A DNA stretch of 64,000 nucleotides from an uncultured delta proteobacterium (GCA_963823335.1 CAWGLD010000006.1:128314-192313), one strand, 5' to 3'. Counted from the first letter of the stretch, positions 43,504-53,115 are shown. Numbers and translations: made by a program. Notes: a model not told the origin generated them from the sequence alone.

Positions 43504-43804
43504 TTTTTTATTTTCGCCACAGACTCACACAGACAATCTTCGGCCGACATAGCCGAAGATCAATCTCAATGCCCTTCGGGCATTAAATTTTTGCTTATTT
43601 TATCAAAAACCGCTTCGCAACTTATTTGAGTAAATCTAATTTATGTAAATTTTTTTTGAAAATAAGAGATCATACCTCGCGATAGCCATAATTGGTTATC
43701 TTCGATCAAGTCGATCGAAGATAAAAATAAAATGTCTGTGATTGTCTGCGTACCCCTCAAGGGGGTATTAAACAGAATGTGTCTGCGGCTACATAAAAAG
43801 GATC
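43504..43804. mobile_element. W4 MITE-like element with long terminal inverted repeats
   Basis: The left end is TTTTTTATTTTCGCCACAGACTCACACAGACAATC. The right end is ATGTCTGTGATTGTCTGCG..GTGTCTGCGGCTACATAAAAAGGATC. Internal hairpins are CTTCGGCC-GACAT-AGCCGAAG, ATGCCC-TTCG-GGCAT and ATCTTCGATC-AAGTC-GATCGAAGAT. Confidence 0.7.
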
Positions 43805-43816
43805 TACACCGTTCAC

Positions 43817-43910
43817 GAAACACCAAATACAAAACACCAAACACTAGACCCAACGAACGCAACAAACCCAACAAACTCAATGAACGCAACAAACCCAATA
43901 AACATAACTG
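43817..43910. repeat. solo C/A arms: W5 followed by W7
   Basis: GAAACACCAAATACAAAACACCAAACACTA followed by GACCCAACGAACGCAACAAACCCAACAAACTCAATGAACGCAACAAACCCAATAAAC. It contains the ATG used by the GNAT gene at 43880. Confidence 0.7.
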
Positions 43911-44377
43911 GCTATACCCCCGGCGCCATCGGTCGTATAACCGAACTTCATGGCAGGTATTACAATCAATCGTGGGGGTTTGGACCGTTCTTCGAGGCCA
44001 AAGTGGCCACCGAGTTATCCGAATTCATCGGCCGATTCGATGACCAGAAGGATGGCTTCTGGACGGCCTGCCTCGACAACCGCGTTCAGGGTTCAATTGT
44101 CATTGATGCTAAAAACGCCGATTCAGAAGGAGTCCATTTACGATGGTATATCGTTTCAGAAAGTCTTCACGGTCAAGGCATCGGTGGTCTTCTTCTATCA
44201 GTGGCCATGCACTTTTGCCGTGAGCGGCACTATAAACAGGTGTTTCTCTGGACATTCAAGGGTCTCGATCCTGCCAGACATCTGTATGATAAAAATGGGT
44301 TCAAGTTGGTACATGAGCAACAAGGATCTCAGTGGGGCACAACCGTCAAAGAACAGAAATATATCTGTGAGCTCTGA
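43880..44377 (+). CDS. GNAT family N-acetyltransferase
   Basis: 165 aa. LHGQGIGGLLLSVAMHF is present. The start codon and first codons (MNATNPIN) lie in a W7 C/A arm. Confidence 0.7.
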   Translation: MNATNPINITGYTPGAIGRITELHGRYYNQSWGFGPFFEAKVATELSEFIGRFDDQKDGFWTACLDNRVQGSIVIDAKNADSEGVHLRWYIVSESLHGQGIGGLLLSVAMHFCRERHYKQVFLWTFKGLDPARHLYDKNGFKLVHEQQGSQWGTTVKEQKYICEL

Positions 44378-44427
44378 GCCTGACGGATCATCGCCCAATT
44401 TTAATTTATTTGGCTTATAGCTCCGTA

Positions 44428-44467
44428 TTAAAAACTCAAAACTAAAAATTAAGAATTAAAAATTGAT
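44428..44467. repeat. W10 A/T word array
   Basis: TTAAAAACTCAAAACTAAAAATTAAGAATTAAAAATTGATC, similar to 42650-42686. Confidence 0.55.
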
Positions 44468-45077
44468 CTTCTTAAAAGGTTTCATCATCGGCATATCCAT
44501 CGCGGCGCCCGTCGGTCCCATCGGTGTGCTCTGCATTCAACGAACCATCAGCCATGGCAAGTTGAGCGGTCTGGCAACGGGTCTCGGTGCTGCCAGTGCA
44601 GATGCCGTATACGGTTTTGTGGCTGCCTTCGGTTTGACATTTATTTCCAACTTTCTTGTTGCCCAGCAAACCTGGTTCCGTCTTATCGGCGGCGGATTCC
44701 TCATCTATTTGGGCGTGCGGGCCTATTTTTCAAACCTGGACAATAGAACAGTAAACACAAACAACCCGAGCCTTGCCGGCGCTTACGGCACCACGTTTCT
44801 GCTGACCCTTTCCAATCCCATGACCATCCTCTCATTTGCAGCAATTTTTTCCGGTTTCGGTCTCGTGGATGCATCAATTCATTATGGTTCGGCAGCACTG
44901 ATGGTTATCGGTGTCTTTTGGGGATCCGCCTCCTGGTGGCTTTTCCTCTCCAGCGGCACCAACCTTTTACGTGGGAGACTGAATCAGAGACTGGTATGGG
45001 TCAACAAGTTATCCGGGATTGTCATTGCCGTCTTTGGTGTTGTAGCGATTGGCAGTCTATTGATAACAAGATACTAG
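44463..45077 (+). CDS. LysE family amino-acid exporter
   Basis: 204 aa with about 6 hydrophobic helices. The N-terminus FLKGFIIGISIAAPVGPIG is LysE-typical. The start is TTG. Confidence 0.75.
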   Translation: MIFLKGFIIGISIAAPVGPIGVLCIQRTISHGKLSGLATGLGAASADAVYGFVAAFGLTFISNFLVAQQTWFRLIGGGFLIYLGVRAYFSNLDNRTVNTNNPSLAGAYGTTFLLTLSNPMTILSFAAIFSGFGLVDASIHYGSAALMVIGVFWGSASWWLFLSSGTNLLRGRLNQRLVWVNKLSGIVIAVFGVVAIGSLLITRY

Positions 45078-45104
45078 ATTTCGGCCATGTTTTGAAATAA
45101 AAGC

Positions 45105-45185
45105 AATCACGAAAACACGAAAATTTAAAAACACGAAAATCTTCATGGTCTATTTCGTGGTTTCGTACTTTCGTGATTTCGTGAT
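45105..45185. repeat. W3 element, short copy
   Basis: AATCACGAAAACACGAAAATTTAAAAACACGAAAATCTTCATGGTCTATTTCGTGGTTTCGTACTTTCGTGATTTCGTGAT. It matches 12971-13071 minus an internal ~30-nt hairpin. Confidence 0.75.
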
Positions 45186-45231
45186 AAATGATCTTTTTCT
45201 TTTCTCGTTTATCCAAACTGGAAAGTAAAAA

Positions 45232-45930
45232 ATGCATTTTCAGAAATTTATGCAGGGGATCTTGCGGTTTTTTCGTGGCTGGGGATTTTCCATCGTTGCG
45301 GCTGTTCTGATTGCCACGTCTTTCAAATCCGCCATTGCCGATTGGAACGATGTCCCGACAGGTTCCATGAAACCGACCATACTCGTGGGAGACAGGGTCT
45401 TTATCAACAAACTGTCGTACGGTCTCAAAATCCCATACACAACCTGGCATGTCACCCGTTGGGGATCCCCCGCGCATGGCGATATCGTTGTCTTCTATTC
45501 TCCCGCAGACGGCAAACGTCTGATCAAGCGAGTGATCGGCCTACCCGGGGATGAAATAGCTCTGCGCAACAACAAACTGACTATCAATGGGAAAGCACTC
45601 GATTACAAAATAATTGACAAAACATCCCCCGGTCCCACAAACACAATAACGGAAGATGACTACGTCTACCTGCTTGAGGATCTTTTAGGTAAGCGTCATT
45701 CCATCATGATATCAGATACTGGAACTCCTTTCGATTCTTTTGATCCTGTTATAGTACCAGAAGGCAGGATTTTTTTAATGGGAGATAACCGGGATAATTC
45801 AGCCGATTCCCGGTTTTTTGGTTTTGTCGAATTAAACCAGGTGCTGGGACATGCAACTAACATTGTTCTCAGTCGTGATGGATCGTTCCTGAATCCGAGA
45901 TGGGAGCGGTTCTTCAAAAAGCTTTTATAG
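45232..45930 (+). CDS. lepB: signal peptidase I
   Basis: 232 aa. GSMKPTI (Ser box), RVIGLPGD (Lys box region) and GDNRDNSADSR are present. Confidence 0.9.
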   Translation: MHFQKFMQGILRFFRGWGFSIVAAVLIATSFKSAIADWNDVPTGSMKPTILVGDRVFINKLSYGLKIPYTTWHVTRWGSPAHGDIVVFYSPADGKRLIKRVIGLPGDEIALRNNKLTINGKALDYKIIDKTSPGPTNTITEDDYVYLLEDLLGKRHSIMISDTGTPFDSFDPVIVPEGRIFLMGDNRDNSADSRFFGFVELNQVLGHATNIVLSRDGSFLNPRWERFFKKLL

Positions 45931-46066
45931 TTTTCAACGCAGTGTTGATAGCGCACGATTGTAAGGCTGGAATGATGGTGGTGAGAGATTAAAATATGCA
46001 TGGTGTCTGAGTTTAACGATATATAGATCTCCTATGAGTCTCTACGCTGAAATATAAGGAGTTAAC

Positions 46067-46732
46067 ATGGAATTACGAGAAGCCATCCTGAATCGACGCA
46101 GTGTCCGAAAATTTTTAAAGAAAGATGTTCCTGAGGAACTGATCAAGGAGGTTCTGATGGATTCCCAGTGGGCGCCGTCCTGGGGAAACACACAACCATG
46201 GGAGGTCATGGTCATCACAGGGGCCCCTCTGGAAGAATTCAAACAGAAAAACAAAGAGGCTCTCTTCAGCGGTATAAAGCCGAAGCCTGAAATTCAGATG
46301 CCGGAAGTTTTTCCTTCCCGTTTAAAACATCGCTATGTCGATGTAGGCAAGAGAGTTCTGAAATCTCTTTCCATCGACCGGGAAGATCTCGACGCTCGAC
46401 TCAAGTATTATGGTGATATGTTTTATCTCTTCGATGCGCCTGTCTTGGTCCTGTTTCTACTGAGAAAGGATGTTTTGCTGGAATATGCAATGTTGGATGT
46501 TGGTTTATACCTTCAGACATTGCTGCTGTCAGCCCATGACAAGGCGCTCGGTGGTATCGTGTTGGCGGCATCGGTCAACTATCCGGACATCCTCCGTTCC
46601 CTCTTCCCCATCGATGCAGAAAAAACCATTGTTATGGGAACCGCTCTCGGCTGGCCGGACCACAAGGCGCCGGTGAATTGTTTTGAACGACAACGGGCCA
46701 GCCTGGACGATACGGTTACCTGGATCAAATGA
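46067..46732 (+). CDS. nitroreductase family protein
   Basis: 221 aa. RRSVRKF and the QPW motif are present. Confidence 0.8.
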   Translation: MELREAILNRRSVRKFLKKDVPEELIKEVLMDSQWAPSWGNTQPWEVMVITGAPLEEFKQKNKEALFSGIKPKPEIQMPEVFPSRLKHRYVDVGKRVLKSLSIDREDLDARLKYYGDMFYLFDAPVLVLFLLRKDVLLEYAMLDVGLYLQTLLLSAHDKALGGIVLAASVNYPDILRSLFPIDAEKTIVMGTALGWPDHKAPVNCFERQRASLDDTVTWIK

Positions 46733-46797
46733 ATAGAATCCTTTGAAAATATTTCTAAAATCATCATTCTTGAAATTTGAAACACTCACTTTAGATC

Positions 46798-46826
46798 TTG
46801 ACAATTTCACCCTATCCTCTTAATGT
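46798..46826 (+). promoter_or_regulatory. candidate sigma70-type promoter for the Liv-type ABC operon
   Basis: TTGACA (46798-46803), 17-nt spacer, TAATGT (46821-46826), 133 nt upstream of the ATG at 46959. Confidence 0.5.
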
Positions 46827-46958
46827 TATTTTTAATTTAAACCCTGCCATATTCTATGAATGCTTTTTATTTCGGGCAAGCTACCATACGGTACTGCTTT
46901 GGGTCGTTTGCCTAATGTCAGAACGAATTGTTTTAATTTTTTAACCAAGGAGGGGATC

Positions 46959-48152
46959 ATGCTTTCAAGAAGTTTTATAGTGTTCGTCTTGGCGTCTTTT
47001 CTTCTTATGCCCTGCACTGTTTTTGCCAACGACCCTGGGATTACCGACGATGAAATCGTTCTCGGCGTGACACAACCGTTGACGGGCCCGGCTGCCGGAT
47101 GGGGTGTTGCCATTACCGGTGGTATGCAGGCATGGGCAGACCACATCAACAACCAGGGGGGTATCCATGGCCGCAAAATCAAACTCATCATTAAGGACGA
47201 CGGCTACAACCCGGCCAGAGCGATGGCAAACCTGCAGGAAATGAAAGACAAAATATTTGCAGTCGTGGCCCAGCTGGGCTCCGCCCCCTGCAACGCCGCA
47301 AAAGACTTTTATCCTGAAAACAAGATACCCTTGATAACCGCTTACGGAAGCCTGGGTATATATCAACACCAGCCCAAGGAAGCCCAGAAATACTACTTTA
47401 TCTCCTACCCGGATTACGGAGACGAAACCGAATTTATGGCCACGTATGCCATAAAGAATCTCGGGGCCAAAAAAATTGCCCATTTCTACCAAAACGACGA
47501 ATATGGCTTGGGAGCCAATGCCGGTATTAAAAAAGCACTGAAAGCCAACCCCGGTGCGGCGACACTGGTGGCGGAAATTCCCTATGAAGTCACCGAAAGA
47601 GCTTTGGGGACCCACGCGCTCAAACTGAAAGAATCCGGGGCAGATCTACTCATCATGACAACCATGATGTCGAGTGGCGCCATTATGACCAAAGAACTCG
47701 CAAAAATTGCCTATCACCCCACAGTCATGGGAAACTTCCCCATTGGCATGCCCGTCATGTATAAAATTGCCGGCGAAACATGGGAAGGCACCTACACCAA
47801 TGCGTCTGCTCACATGGGTCTGCCGGGTTTTCATCCCCCTGCAGACAGAGTTGCCGATATCATCAACGAGATCAATCCAAAACTCAAAGGGCAGGAAGTT
47901 CTCGCTCTGTTTGGCGCTGCCTCGATGATGCACTTTGCCGAAGGAGCTAAAAACGCCGGCCGAAACCTTACAAGGGAATCCTTGATCAAGGGAATGGAAA
48001 TGATCAAAGACTGGAAACCGGAAGGAATGGGGGCACCGGTTACATACGGACCCGATCGGCATAACGGTGTCAATGCCATCTACCTCCAGATTGCCAAAGA
48101 CGGCCAACACGTGCCCGTTGGAGACTACGTTGTCTTTCCGCCAAAATTTTAA
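46959..48152 (+). CDS. ABC transporter substrate-binding protein, branched-chain-amino-acid (LivK/type I PBP) family
   Basis: Signal peptide MLSRSFIVFVLASFLLMPCTVFA. ITDDEIVLGVTQPLTGPAAGWG is typical of the family. The start was moved to the ATG at 46959 after AAGGAGGGG. Confidence 0.85.
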   Translation: MLSRSFIVFVLASFLLMPCTVFANDPGITDDEIVLGVTQPLTGPAAGWGVAITGGMQAWADHINNQGGIHGRKIKLIIKDDGYNPARAMANLQEMKDKIFAVVAQLGSAPCNAAKDFYPENKIPLITAYGSLGIYQHQPKEAQKYYFISYPDYGDETEFMATYAIKNLGAKKIAHFYQNDEYGLGANAGIKKALKANPGAATLVAEIPYEVTERALGTHALKLKESGADLLIMTTMMSSGAIMTKELAKIAYHPTVMGNFPIGMPVMYKIAGETWEGTYTNASAHMGLPGFHPPADRVADIINEINPKLKGQEVLALFGAASMMHFAEGAKNAGRNLTRESLIKGMEMIKDWKPEGMGAPVTYGPDRHNGVNAIYLQIAKDGQHVPVGDYVVFPPKF

Positions 48153-48162
48153 TCTCGTACGG

Positions 48163-48238
48163 GTTAATTCCCCGCAGCTTGCTGCGATAAGATTGGTATA
48201 ATCTATTTTTAGCTACCTCGTGGCTTGCCGCGAGGTAG
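48163..48238. repeat. T13-related hairpins
   Basis: ATTCCCCGCAGCTTGCTGCG followed by CTACCTCGTGGCTTGCCGCGAGGTAG. Same hairpin design as T13, with different stem bases. Confidence 0.5.
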
Positions 48239-48289
48239 TTCATTCCTTGACTTTTCGGATCTTTGGAACCTGTTTGAAGTCACTTCTAT

Positions 48290-49045
48290 ATGTCTTTACT
48301 GAACATACATAATCTCAGCATCAGTTTCGGCGGCATCCAGGCCTTGTCGAACATCGATATCTCAGTCGAACCCGAGCAGATCATGGCCGTCATCGGCCCC
48401 AACGGTTCAGGAAAAACTACGCTTTTCAACTGCATCTCGGGGTCCTATCGCCCACAGGAAGGTACGATAAATTTCAATGGCGAAAGTCTCTTGGGGCTGT
48501 CTCCGGACAAGGTCGCACGAAGAGGTATCGCACGCACTTTCCAGAACCTGAGACTGTTCCTGCACATGACGGTCCTCGACAACCTCCTCCTGGGAAGGCA
48601 TGTCAAGTTCAAAAAGAACCCGTTTCATGCCGTTTTTAGAATCCGTCGGGAAGAGATGAAACACCGGCAGAAAGTCGAAGAACTCATCGATTTTCTGCAA
48701 CTCGAAGCCTACCGTGCAGTGAGAATTTCCGACTGTCCCTATGGGGTGCAAAAAAGAGCGGAAATCGGTCGTGCGCTTGCAACGGAACCCCGGATGCTGA
48801 TGCTGGACGAACCGATCTCCGGACTGACCGCAGAAGAAAAGCAGGAAACCGCATATTTGATCAATGAAATCCGGGGACGCTTCAAACCAACTATATTGCT
48901 GGTGGAACATGATTTGAGGCTGGCTTCGTCCCTGTCCGACCGAATGGTGGCGCTCGACACCGGTATTAAAATAGCCGAAGGTACCCCTGAAGAAGTCCAG
49001 CGAAATTCCGCGGTCATCAAGGCATATCTGGGAGATGACGACTGA
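48290..49045 (+). CDS. livG: ABC transporter ATP-binding protein (LivG-like)
   Basis: 251 aa. Walker A GPNGSGKTT, signature SGLTAEEK region and Walker B LMLDEP are present. Confidence 0.85.
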   Translation: MSLLNIHNLSISFGGIQALSNIDISVEPEQIMAVIGPNGSGKTTLFNCISGSYRPQEGTINFNGESLLGLSPDKVARRGIARTFQNLRLFLHMTVLDNLLLGRHVKFKKNPFHAVFRIRREEMKHRQKVEELIDFLQLEAYRAVRISDCPYGVQKRAEIGRALATEPRMLMLDEPISGLTAEEKQETAYLINEIRGRFKPTILLVEHDLRLASSLSDRMVALDTGIKIAEGTPEEVQRNSAVIKAYLGDDD

Positions 49046-49052
49046 GAAAGAG

Positions 49053-49266
49053 CAATTTTGAATTATGAATTTTGATTATGAATTAGATAGCTGATGACTG
49101 ATAGCTCATAGGTTATAGGCAAGCGCTAGCATGCTGGATGCATTGTCAAAAACTCATCGTCGATCAAGTCGATCGATGATTGTCAGTGTGTGTCTGTGGC
49201 TAAATAAAAAAGATTTACACCTTTAGCGAAACACCAAACACTAAACACAAAATACCAAACACAAAT
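49053..49266. repeat. composite of W10 (reverse), W6, W4 right end and W5 C/A arm
   Basis: CAATTTTGAATTATGAATTTTGATTATGAATT; AGATAGCTGATGACTGATAGCTCATAGG; TCATCGTCGATC-AAGTC-GATCGATGATTGTCAGTGTGTGTCTGTGGCTAAATAAAAAAGAT; GAAACACCAAACACTAAACACAAAATACCAAACAC. Confidence 0.7.
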
Positions 49267-49272
49267 TACACA

Positions 49273-50061
49273 ATGAACCCAACAAACACACCGCTACTGC
49301 GCATCGCCAACATCGAAACACTCTATTTCGACAGGATCTATGCGCTGCATGGGCTTTCTCTCGAGATTCAGGAGGGCGAAATATTTGCGGTGCTGGGCCC
49401 GAATGGTGCCGGCAAAACCACCCTTCTTAAAACCATTGCCGGCCTCCTGAAAGACCAGCCCAAAAAAGGTGTCATCGAATTCATGGGCAAACGCATTCAC
49501 CGCCACCCGCCTGAACGTGTGGCCAATCTCGGCATCGTATATGTTCCCGAAGATCGCGGACTTTTCAGGGAATTGACCGTACGGGAAAACTTGGATATCG
49601 GATGCTGGGGCAGAAAAGGAAAGGAAGTTCAGGAAGACTTGGAGTTTGTCTACACGCTGTTTCCCATATTAAAGGAGAGAGGCAAGCAGCAGGCAGAAAC
49701 CCTGTCAGGTGGTCAACAGCAGATGCTGGCAGTTGCAAGGGCCATGCTCCGCCGACCCAAGCTTCTCATGCTGGACGAGCCATCCCTGGGACTGGCTCCG
49801 CTGGTAGCAAAAGATGTTTATGGAGCACTCGTCAAGATCAGCGAAACCGGGACGACCATTCTCCTTGTAGAACAGAATGCAAAACTGGCGCTTGGAATTG
49901 CCGACTATGGTTATATCATGGAATCCGGACGCATTGTCCTCGAGGGCACTTCCCAGGATCTCAAGGAAAATGAAGATGTTCAGGAACTCTATTTGGGCAT
50001 TGGCCAGGAAGATGCCGCATCTAAAGGATTCAGATTGTACAAGAAAAGGAGAACCTGGTAA
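49273..50061 (+). CDS. livF: ABC transporter ATP-binding protein (LivF-like)
   Basis: 262 aa. GPNGAGKTT, LSGGQQQML and LLMLDEPS are present. The start codon lies in repeat-derived sequence. Confidence 0.85.
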   Translation: MNPTNTPLLRIANIETLYFDRIYALHGLSLEIQEGEIFAVLGPNGAGKTTLLKTIAGLLKDQPKKGVIEFMGKRIHRHPPERVANLGIVYVPEDRGLFRELTVRENLDIGCWGRKGKEVQEDLEFVYTLFPILKERGKQQAETLSGGQQQMLAVARAMLRRPKLLMLDEPSLGLAPLVAKDVYGALVKISETGTTILLVEQNAKLALGIADYGYIMESGRIVLEGTSQDLKENEDVQELYLGIGQEDAASKGFRLYKKRRTW

Positions 50062-51854
50062 TGACCTTTCAGGCTGACCATTTTCCAGATCTCTTCTTTC
50101 ATCAGACCAAGCGCCTGGGGGATAAAGTGGCACTTCGCCACAAAGATTACGGCATCTGGAATCGAATTTCCTGGAAAGAATATGGGAAAAATGTTCGTAC
50201 GGCTGCCGCCGGATTCCTGGCCGCTGGTATCGACCTGGGCGACCGCATTGCCATTTTGGGCGACAACCGACCGGAATGGCTCATCTGTCACCTGGGTGCC
50301 ATGACGGCCGGAGGTGTTACCTGCGGCATCTACCCCACCTCTTCTCCCGAAGAAATTGAATATGTCGTAGAACATTCCGAGTCCAAAATACTGTTTGTGG
50401 AAAATGAAGAGCAGATTGACAAAATACTTCAAATTATCGACCGTCTCAATGTCTCAAAAGTCATCATCTGGGACAAACAGGGACTCTGGGGGTTCTCACA
50501 TCCACGGGTGGTTTTTTACGAGGAATTTATGGCCGGCGGCCAAGCATACCTCGATGCCCATCCAATGGGAATTGAAGATAGATTGGCTGCCATCCAGCGG
50601 GACGATGTTGCCATGATGATCTACACGTCAGGCACCACTGGAAGACCCAAAGGCGCCATGATATCGCATGAGAATATTCTCTCTTTGACCGAGTCGCTCG
50701 TGAGCGTGATCGGAGAAAAAGAAAACGACGAACTTCTCTCATACCTCCCTTTGGCGCATATTTATGAAAACCTGATATCGGTATTTCAGGCAGTCTGGAC
50801 CGGGGCCACTGTCAGTTTTGTCGAAAGTATCGATACCCTGTCCATCAACCTGAGAGAGATCTCTCCCACCATCTTCGCAAGTGTTCCCAGACTGTGGGAA
50901 AAATTCGTATCCATGGTCGAAATCAAAATATCGGATTCCACCATCGTGAAAAGGGCATTTTACCGTCTGGCTATCAACGTCGGCCTGCAACGGATTCGGA
51001 CACCGGAAGACTCCCCCCGACGAAAGTGGCTGAATATTGCCTACTTGCCCTTGTACTGGACTGTATTGTACCACCTCAAACGACAAATCGGACTGGAAAG
51101 AATCCGATATTCCATCTGTGGTGCGGCACCAGCCAGCCCTGAGCTGTTTGAGTGGTTTAACGCCATCGGTGTCCCCCTGAGGGAAGGCTACGGACAAACA
51201 GAATCGACAGGTGTTATTGCCATTCAGCGCCTGGATCGCTCACGATCCGGTTATGTGGGTGAAGCCTTGCCCGGGGTTGAGATAAAAATTGCCGAAGACG
51301 GTGAAATTCTTTCCAGGGGAAAAGGTGTCTTCAAGGGCTATTACAAGCAGCCGGAGCTGACTGCCGAAACCATTCAAAACGGGTGGCTTCATACGGGAGA
51401 TGTGGGCAAACTCGAGGACGGTTTTCTTAAAATTCTGGACAGAAAAAAAGATATCATCATCACCCGGGGCGGTAAAAACATTACCCCGGCTTTCATCGAA
51501 AACAAACTGAAATTCAGTTTTTACATCCAGGACGCCGTTGTCATCGGCGACAACCGCAAATACCTGACGGCCCTTATCCTCATCGACGAGGACACTGTCA
51601 ACAAATATGCCCAGGATCATGCCATACCCTTTACGACGTTTGCCGATCTGACCAAAAATGAGGAAATCAATAAATTGATCGACAAAGAGATTGACACTGT
51701 CAACAAGACGCTTGCCCGGGTGGAAACCATAAAAAAATTCAAACTTCTGCCCAGACGTTTCTATGCCGAAGACGGGGATGTCACCCCCACCCAGAAGGTC
51801 AAGCGACGGGCATTGGAAAAGACCTATGGAGAACTGATCGAATCAATGTACTAA
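50061..51854 (+). CDS. long-chain/aromatic acyl-CoA synthetase (AMP-forming) embedded in ABC transporter operon
   Basis: 597 aa. YTSGTTGRPKGAMISH and GDVGKLEDGFLKILDRKKDII are present. The start overlaps the livF stop. Confidence 0.85.
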   Translation: MTFQADHFPDLFFHQTKRLGDKVALRHKDYGIWNRISWKEYGKNVRTAAAGFLAAGIDLGDRIAILGDNRPEWLICHLGAMTAGGVTCGIYPTSSPEEIEYVVEHSESKILFVENEEQIDKILQIIDRLNVSKVIIWDKQGLWGFSHPRVVFYEEFMAGGQAYLDAHPMGIEDRLAAIQRDDVAMMIYTSGTTGRPKGAMISHENILSLTESLVSVIGEKENDELLSYLPLAHIYENLISVFQAVWTGATVSFVESIDTLSINLREISPTIFASVPRLWEKFVSMVEIKISDSTIVKRAFYRLAINVGLQRIRTPEDSPRRKWLNIAYLPLYWTVLYHLKRQIGLERIRYSICGAAPASPELFEWFNAIGVPLREGYGQTESTGVIAIQRLDRSRSGYVGEALPGVEIKIAEDGEILSRGKGVFKGYYKQPELTAETIQNGWLHTGDVGKLEDGFLKILDRKKDIIITRGGKNITPAFIENKLKFSFYIQDAVVIGDNRKYLTALILIDEDTVNKYAQDHAIPFTTFADLTKNEEINKLIDKEIDTVNKTLARVETIKKFKLLPRRFYAEDGDVTPTQKVKRRALEKTYGELIESMY

Positions 51855-51865
51855 AGGCTTTTTGT

Positions 51866-51931
51866 AGATCGGTATCTCCCGATCGGTGTTAAAAAAAGGC
51901 ACTCTCTGTGACCTCTGTGTCTCTGTGGTGG
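51866..51931. repeat. W4-like half element (CTCTGTG words)
   Basis: The GATCGG-TATCTC-CCGATC hairpin is followed by GGCACTCTCTGTGACCTCTGTGTCTCTGTGGTGG. Confidence 0.5.
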
Positions 51932-51992
51932 AAAAAAAGAACCCTTTACCGATGCATTCTTAAACCTAAAGCCATTTAATTAGGATACTACG

Positions 51993-52973
51993 TTGGACTT
52001 AGTTGAAAGTTACGCCGAAGAACTGAAGCTCATCCGCAAAACCGGCACCAAAGCCTGGGTGTTTGCAGTGGTAATTGCCATATTTCTTTTGCCCCTCTAT
52101 GCGCCCGAACACTTGGTATATGTGACCACGATCATCGCCATCTATGCCATCGGCATCATGGGGCAAAATCTCTTGATCGGGTACACCGGTCAGATCTCTT
52201 TTGCCCAGGCCGGGTTTTTCTGTATCGGGGCTTTTGCCTTCGGGCACTTGTATCGTGCCGGCATCCCATGGCCTGTGAGCGTTCTTGGGGCAGGTCTCAT
52301 CACCGGACTGGTGGGTATACCCGTCGGGATTCCTTCCTTGCGGCTGAAGGGCCCTTACCTCGCCATCGCCACCATGGGCTTCGGGATTGCCGTCTACCAG
52401 GTCTTTGTCAATTCTCCCCTCCTCTCAGGCGGCCGCATGGGACTCATGATAACCAAGCTTGAACCCATGTTCGGCCTCTCCAGGGTCAATACCTATTTCT
52501 ACATCAATCTGATCATCGCGGTTCTTTTCACCCTGATTGCCTACAACATCGTTTCTTCCTACATGGGCCGCGCATTCATCGCAATCCGTGACAATGACAT
52601 TGCCGCCGAAGTCCTCGGTGTAAACCTGTTACAGTACAAACTGTTGTCCTTTGCCATCAGTTCCTTTTACGTGGGGGTCCAGGGCGGTCTCTACGCCCTC
52701 TTTCTGGGCTACCTGGAACCGAACATGTTCACCTTCATGGAAACCATCACCTTCCTTGTAGCAGTCATTGTAGGGGGATTGGCATCCGTGGAAGGCGCCA
52801 TCATGGGGGCGGCTTTTGTGATACTCGTTCCCCATTTTTTCAGTGATCTGAAAGAATTTATACCGGTCATCTATGGTGTGGTCATTATCGTCATCCTCAT
52901 CTTCGAGCCGGGCGGTATCGCCGGCCGCTGGATGAAGATAAGGCTCTATTTCCGTAACTGGCCATTCAGATAG
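51993..52973 (+). CDS. livM: branched-chain-amino-acid-type ABC permease (LivM-like)
   Basis: 326 aa polytopic membrane protein. GYTGQISFAQAGFF is typical of LivM. The start is TTG and uncertain. Confidence 0.8.
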   Translation: MDLVESYAEELKLIRKTGTKAWVFAVVIAIFLLPLYAPEHLVYVTTIIAIYAIGIMGQNLLIGYTGQISFAQAGFFCIGAFAFGHLYRAGIPWPVSVLGAGLITGLVGIPVGIPSLRLKGPYLAIATMGFGIAVYQVFVNSPLLSGGRMGLMITKLEPMFGLSRVNTYFYINLIIAVLFTLIAYNIVSSYMGRAFIAIRDNDIAAEVLGVNLLQYKLLSFAISSFYVGVQGGLYALFLGYLEPNMFTFMETITFLVAVIVGGLASVEGAIMGAAFVILVPHFFSDLKEFIPVIYGVVIIVILIFEPGGIAGRWMKIRLYFRNWPFR

Positions 52974-52976
52974 TTA

Positions 52977-53102
52977 GATGAGTTTATTGGGTTCGTTGAG
53001 TTCGTTGGGTTGGTTGACAGTTATCGGGCTCCCTAATTTCCTGTCCGCCTGTTTACAGTTAACAACTCAATGAACACAATAAACACAACAAGCTCAAGAA
53101 AC
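52977..53102. repeat. W7 hairpin element without ORF, between livM and livH
   Basis: The G/T arm is GATGAGTTTATTGGGTTCGTTGAGTTCGTTGGGTTGGTTGAC. The loop is 39 nt. The C/A arm is GTTAACAACTCAATGAACACAATAAACACAACAAGCTCAAGAAAC. Confidence 0.8.
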
Positions 53103-53115
53103 AAAGAAGGTTAAT

